Of a stretch of 64,000 nt of DNA, positions 62,792 through 64,000 are shown in pieces (positions within the stretch are counted from its first letter, which is position 1; each line of letters starts with the position of its first letter). The stretch is taken from the IMG/VR virus record IMGVR_UViG_2671180890_000004. One strand, given 5' to 3'. Under the pieces are notes generated by a model that searched no databases, had not been told where the DNA came from, and saw only the letters and a list, made by a program, of their open reading frames with translations. Origin of the DNA: a virus. Its lineage: Duplodnaviria; Heunggongvirae; Uroviricota; Caudoviricetes. The translations under genes were made by a program, and so were the position numbers.

Positions 62792-64000
62792 CTATGATAG
62801 TTCAGCGTAAAGCTCTATCAGCTCAGTAATGAATGCTCCGAGCGTTATTAATTCTTCTCTAACTGCTTCTGGGTATTTTTTATGTAAAGTTGATGGTACA
62901 ACGAGTCTGACACCCGCATCTTTCATTTCTCGGTATTGTGCTGAAGAAACACCTTCTTGCAGTGTAAATAAATGTACCTGATGGATTTTATCTGCTTCAT
63001 TCAGTATCTGACGCCAGCGATCTTTGCAGGTGGTCTTTACTGCCAGCATACGTAAGTTTTCTACAGGAAATTCAACGTTATGATATGCCTCTGCTGAAGG
63101 AAACAGGAAATCTGGTTTTTTATTACCTTCAGTAACTGCCTGAGTGGAGAAATGCCGTAGTCCGTGCTCGATAAAAAGCTTCTCTAGGTGAAGTTCAAGT
63201 GATTTGCCTGCCCTTGATTTACGTCGATTACTGACAGAGTTGGCTAATGCAATAAACTCATCTACAGAATCGAATCCTTTCTTAATAATATCAAGAACAT
63301 GTAATTCCTCGACGAGTAGAAAAATATCATACTCGACACGCCGACGGTCAATCAGTTGCTCATCTGGATCCTTGGAGTTTTTAGCATAATGGCCAGCAGC
63401 ATATTGAATAATTTCGTTTCCAGAAGGAAAACGCTTCTTCCAGTCTTCAGGAATAACATATTTATGATTTACTGGAGTTTGCTGAAGAGACAATCCGCCC
63501 AAAATTTGTCCGGCAGGGCCGGAAATTAGGGTTCCAGGTATGATTTCGCCAATAGCAGACTCGATGATATCCTCTTCATCGGGATTGACGCAGACCCATA
63601 TATCTACCTCGGAACAGTCAGTGTTCTGTTCGTTTAACCTGAAAGCAAGAATTGTGAGGGCTCCTGTATTTTCAGGGTTCTGTAATGGACTTCCTCTCCC
63701 CCAGCGCGTAATTCTTTTTTCGTTTCGGGTCTTACCAAAATAACGGTTGTTGTAATAAATTGCGCGTGCTTGGGTATCAGGGCAATCATGGGATGATACA
63801 TGCGCAGTAAGGAAGACTGAAGGGTTCAGTTCGCGAGTATGATTGATAGATGGAAAAAGCTTTTCAACGATATTTGAGGGGATATAAAGTCCGACCTGAT
63901 GGCCACCTGTTGCGCCTGTGTCGTTTGCAGAAAGGCGTTTGATGTAGATAAAGTAATTCCCGCTTGCGATATCAAGCAGCCAGTTATGAAAAACCGACAT
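62792..64000 (-). CDS. EcoRII-like type II restriction endonuclease
   Basis: Recalled near-identity to R.EcoRII along its length; convergent with a Dcm-family methylase; start codon is the last three bases of the window. Confidence 0.75.
   Translation of the reverse strand: MSVFHNWLLDIASGNYFIYIKRLSANDTGATGGHQVGLYIPSNIVEKLFPSINHTRELNPSVFLTAHVSSHDCPDTQARAIYYNNRYFGKTRNEKRITRWGRGSPLQNPENTGALTILAFRLNEQNTDCSEVDIWVCVNPDEEDIIESAIGEIIPGTLISGPAGQILGGLSLQQTPVNHKYVIPEDWKKRFPSGNEIIQYAAGHYAKNSKDPDEQLIDRRRVEYDIFLLVEELHVLDIIKKGFDSVDEFIALANSVSNRRKSRAGKSLELHLEKLFIEHGLRHFSTQAVTEGNKKPDFLFPSAEAYHNVEFPVENLRMLAVKTTCKDRWRQILNEADKIHQVHLFTLQEGVSSAQYREMKDAGVRLVVPSTLHKKYPEAVREELITLGAFITELIELYAELS

Overview
The window is an Escherichia/Enterobacteriaceae-like chromosomal segment made of three blocks. 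(1) Positions ~1.9-11.5 kb hold the early region of a Mu-like transposable phage (XRE-type repressor, Ner-like, DDE transposase A, MuB-like ATPase, Gam, GemA-like, Mor); its right edge truncates the GABA permease gene gabP at about codon 128. Upstream of it (1-1.9 kb) lie a Dam-family methyltransferase and small ORFs of unclear affiliation. (2) Positions 11.5-17.2 kb are the chromosomal csiD-lhgO-gabD-gabT-gabP' operon on the minus strand. (3) From ~17.9 kb to at least ~60.1 kb is a lambdoid prophage beginning with a 27-bp copy of the 3' end of ssrA (att core): integrase/excisionase, CI/Cro immunity region, O-like replication gene with iterons, RusA/KilA-N/DUF968/Q, phage-21-type pinholin/SAR-endolysin/Rz/Rz1 lysis cassette, cos, and a lambda-like head and tail set through J, lom, stf and tfa. 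Tail genes H and J (and possibly one early gene) are each split by an apparent 1-nt frameshift. The window ends with a GIY-YIG-domain protein and a convergent EcoRII-like restriction-modification pair. The best candidates for an undescribed system are two AT-rich cargo cassettes: a convergently oriented two-gene operon (308-aa protein plus 4-TM 182-aa protein) between Q and the lysis genes, and a translationally coupled two-gene operon between the att core and int. Neither could be assigned to a known family by eye. All protein identifications rest on recalled motifs and similarity to known proteins, not on database searches.
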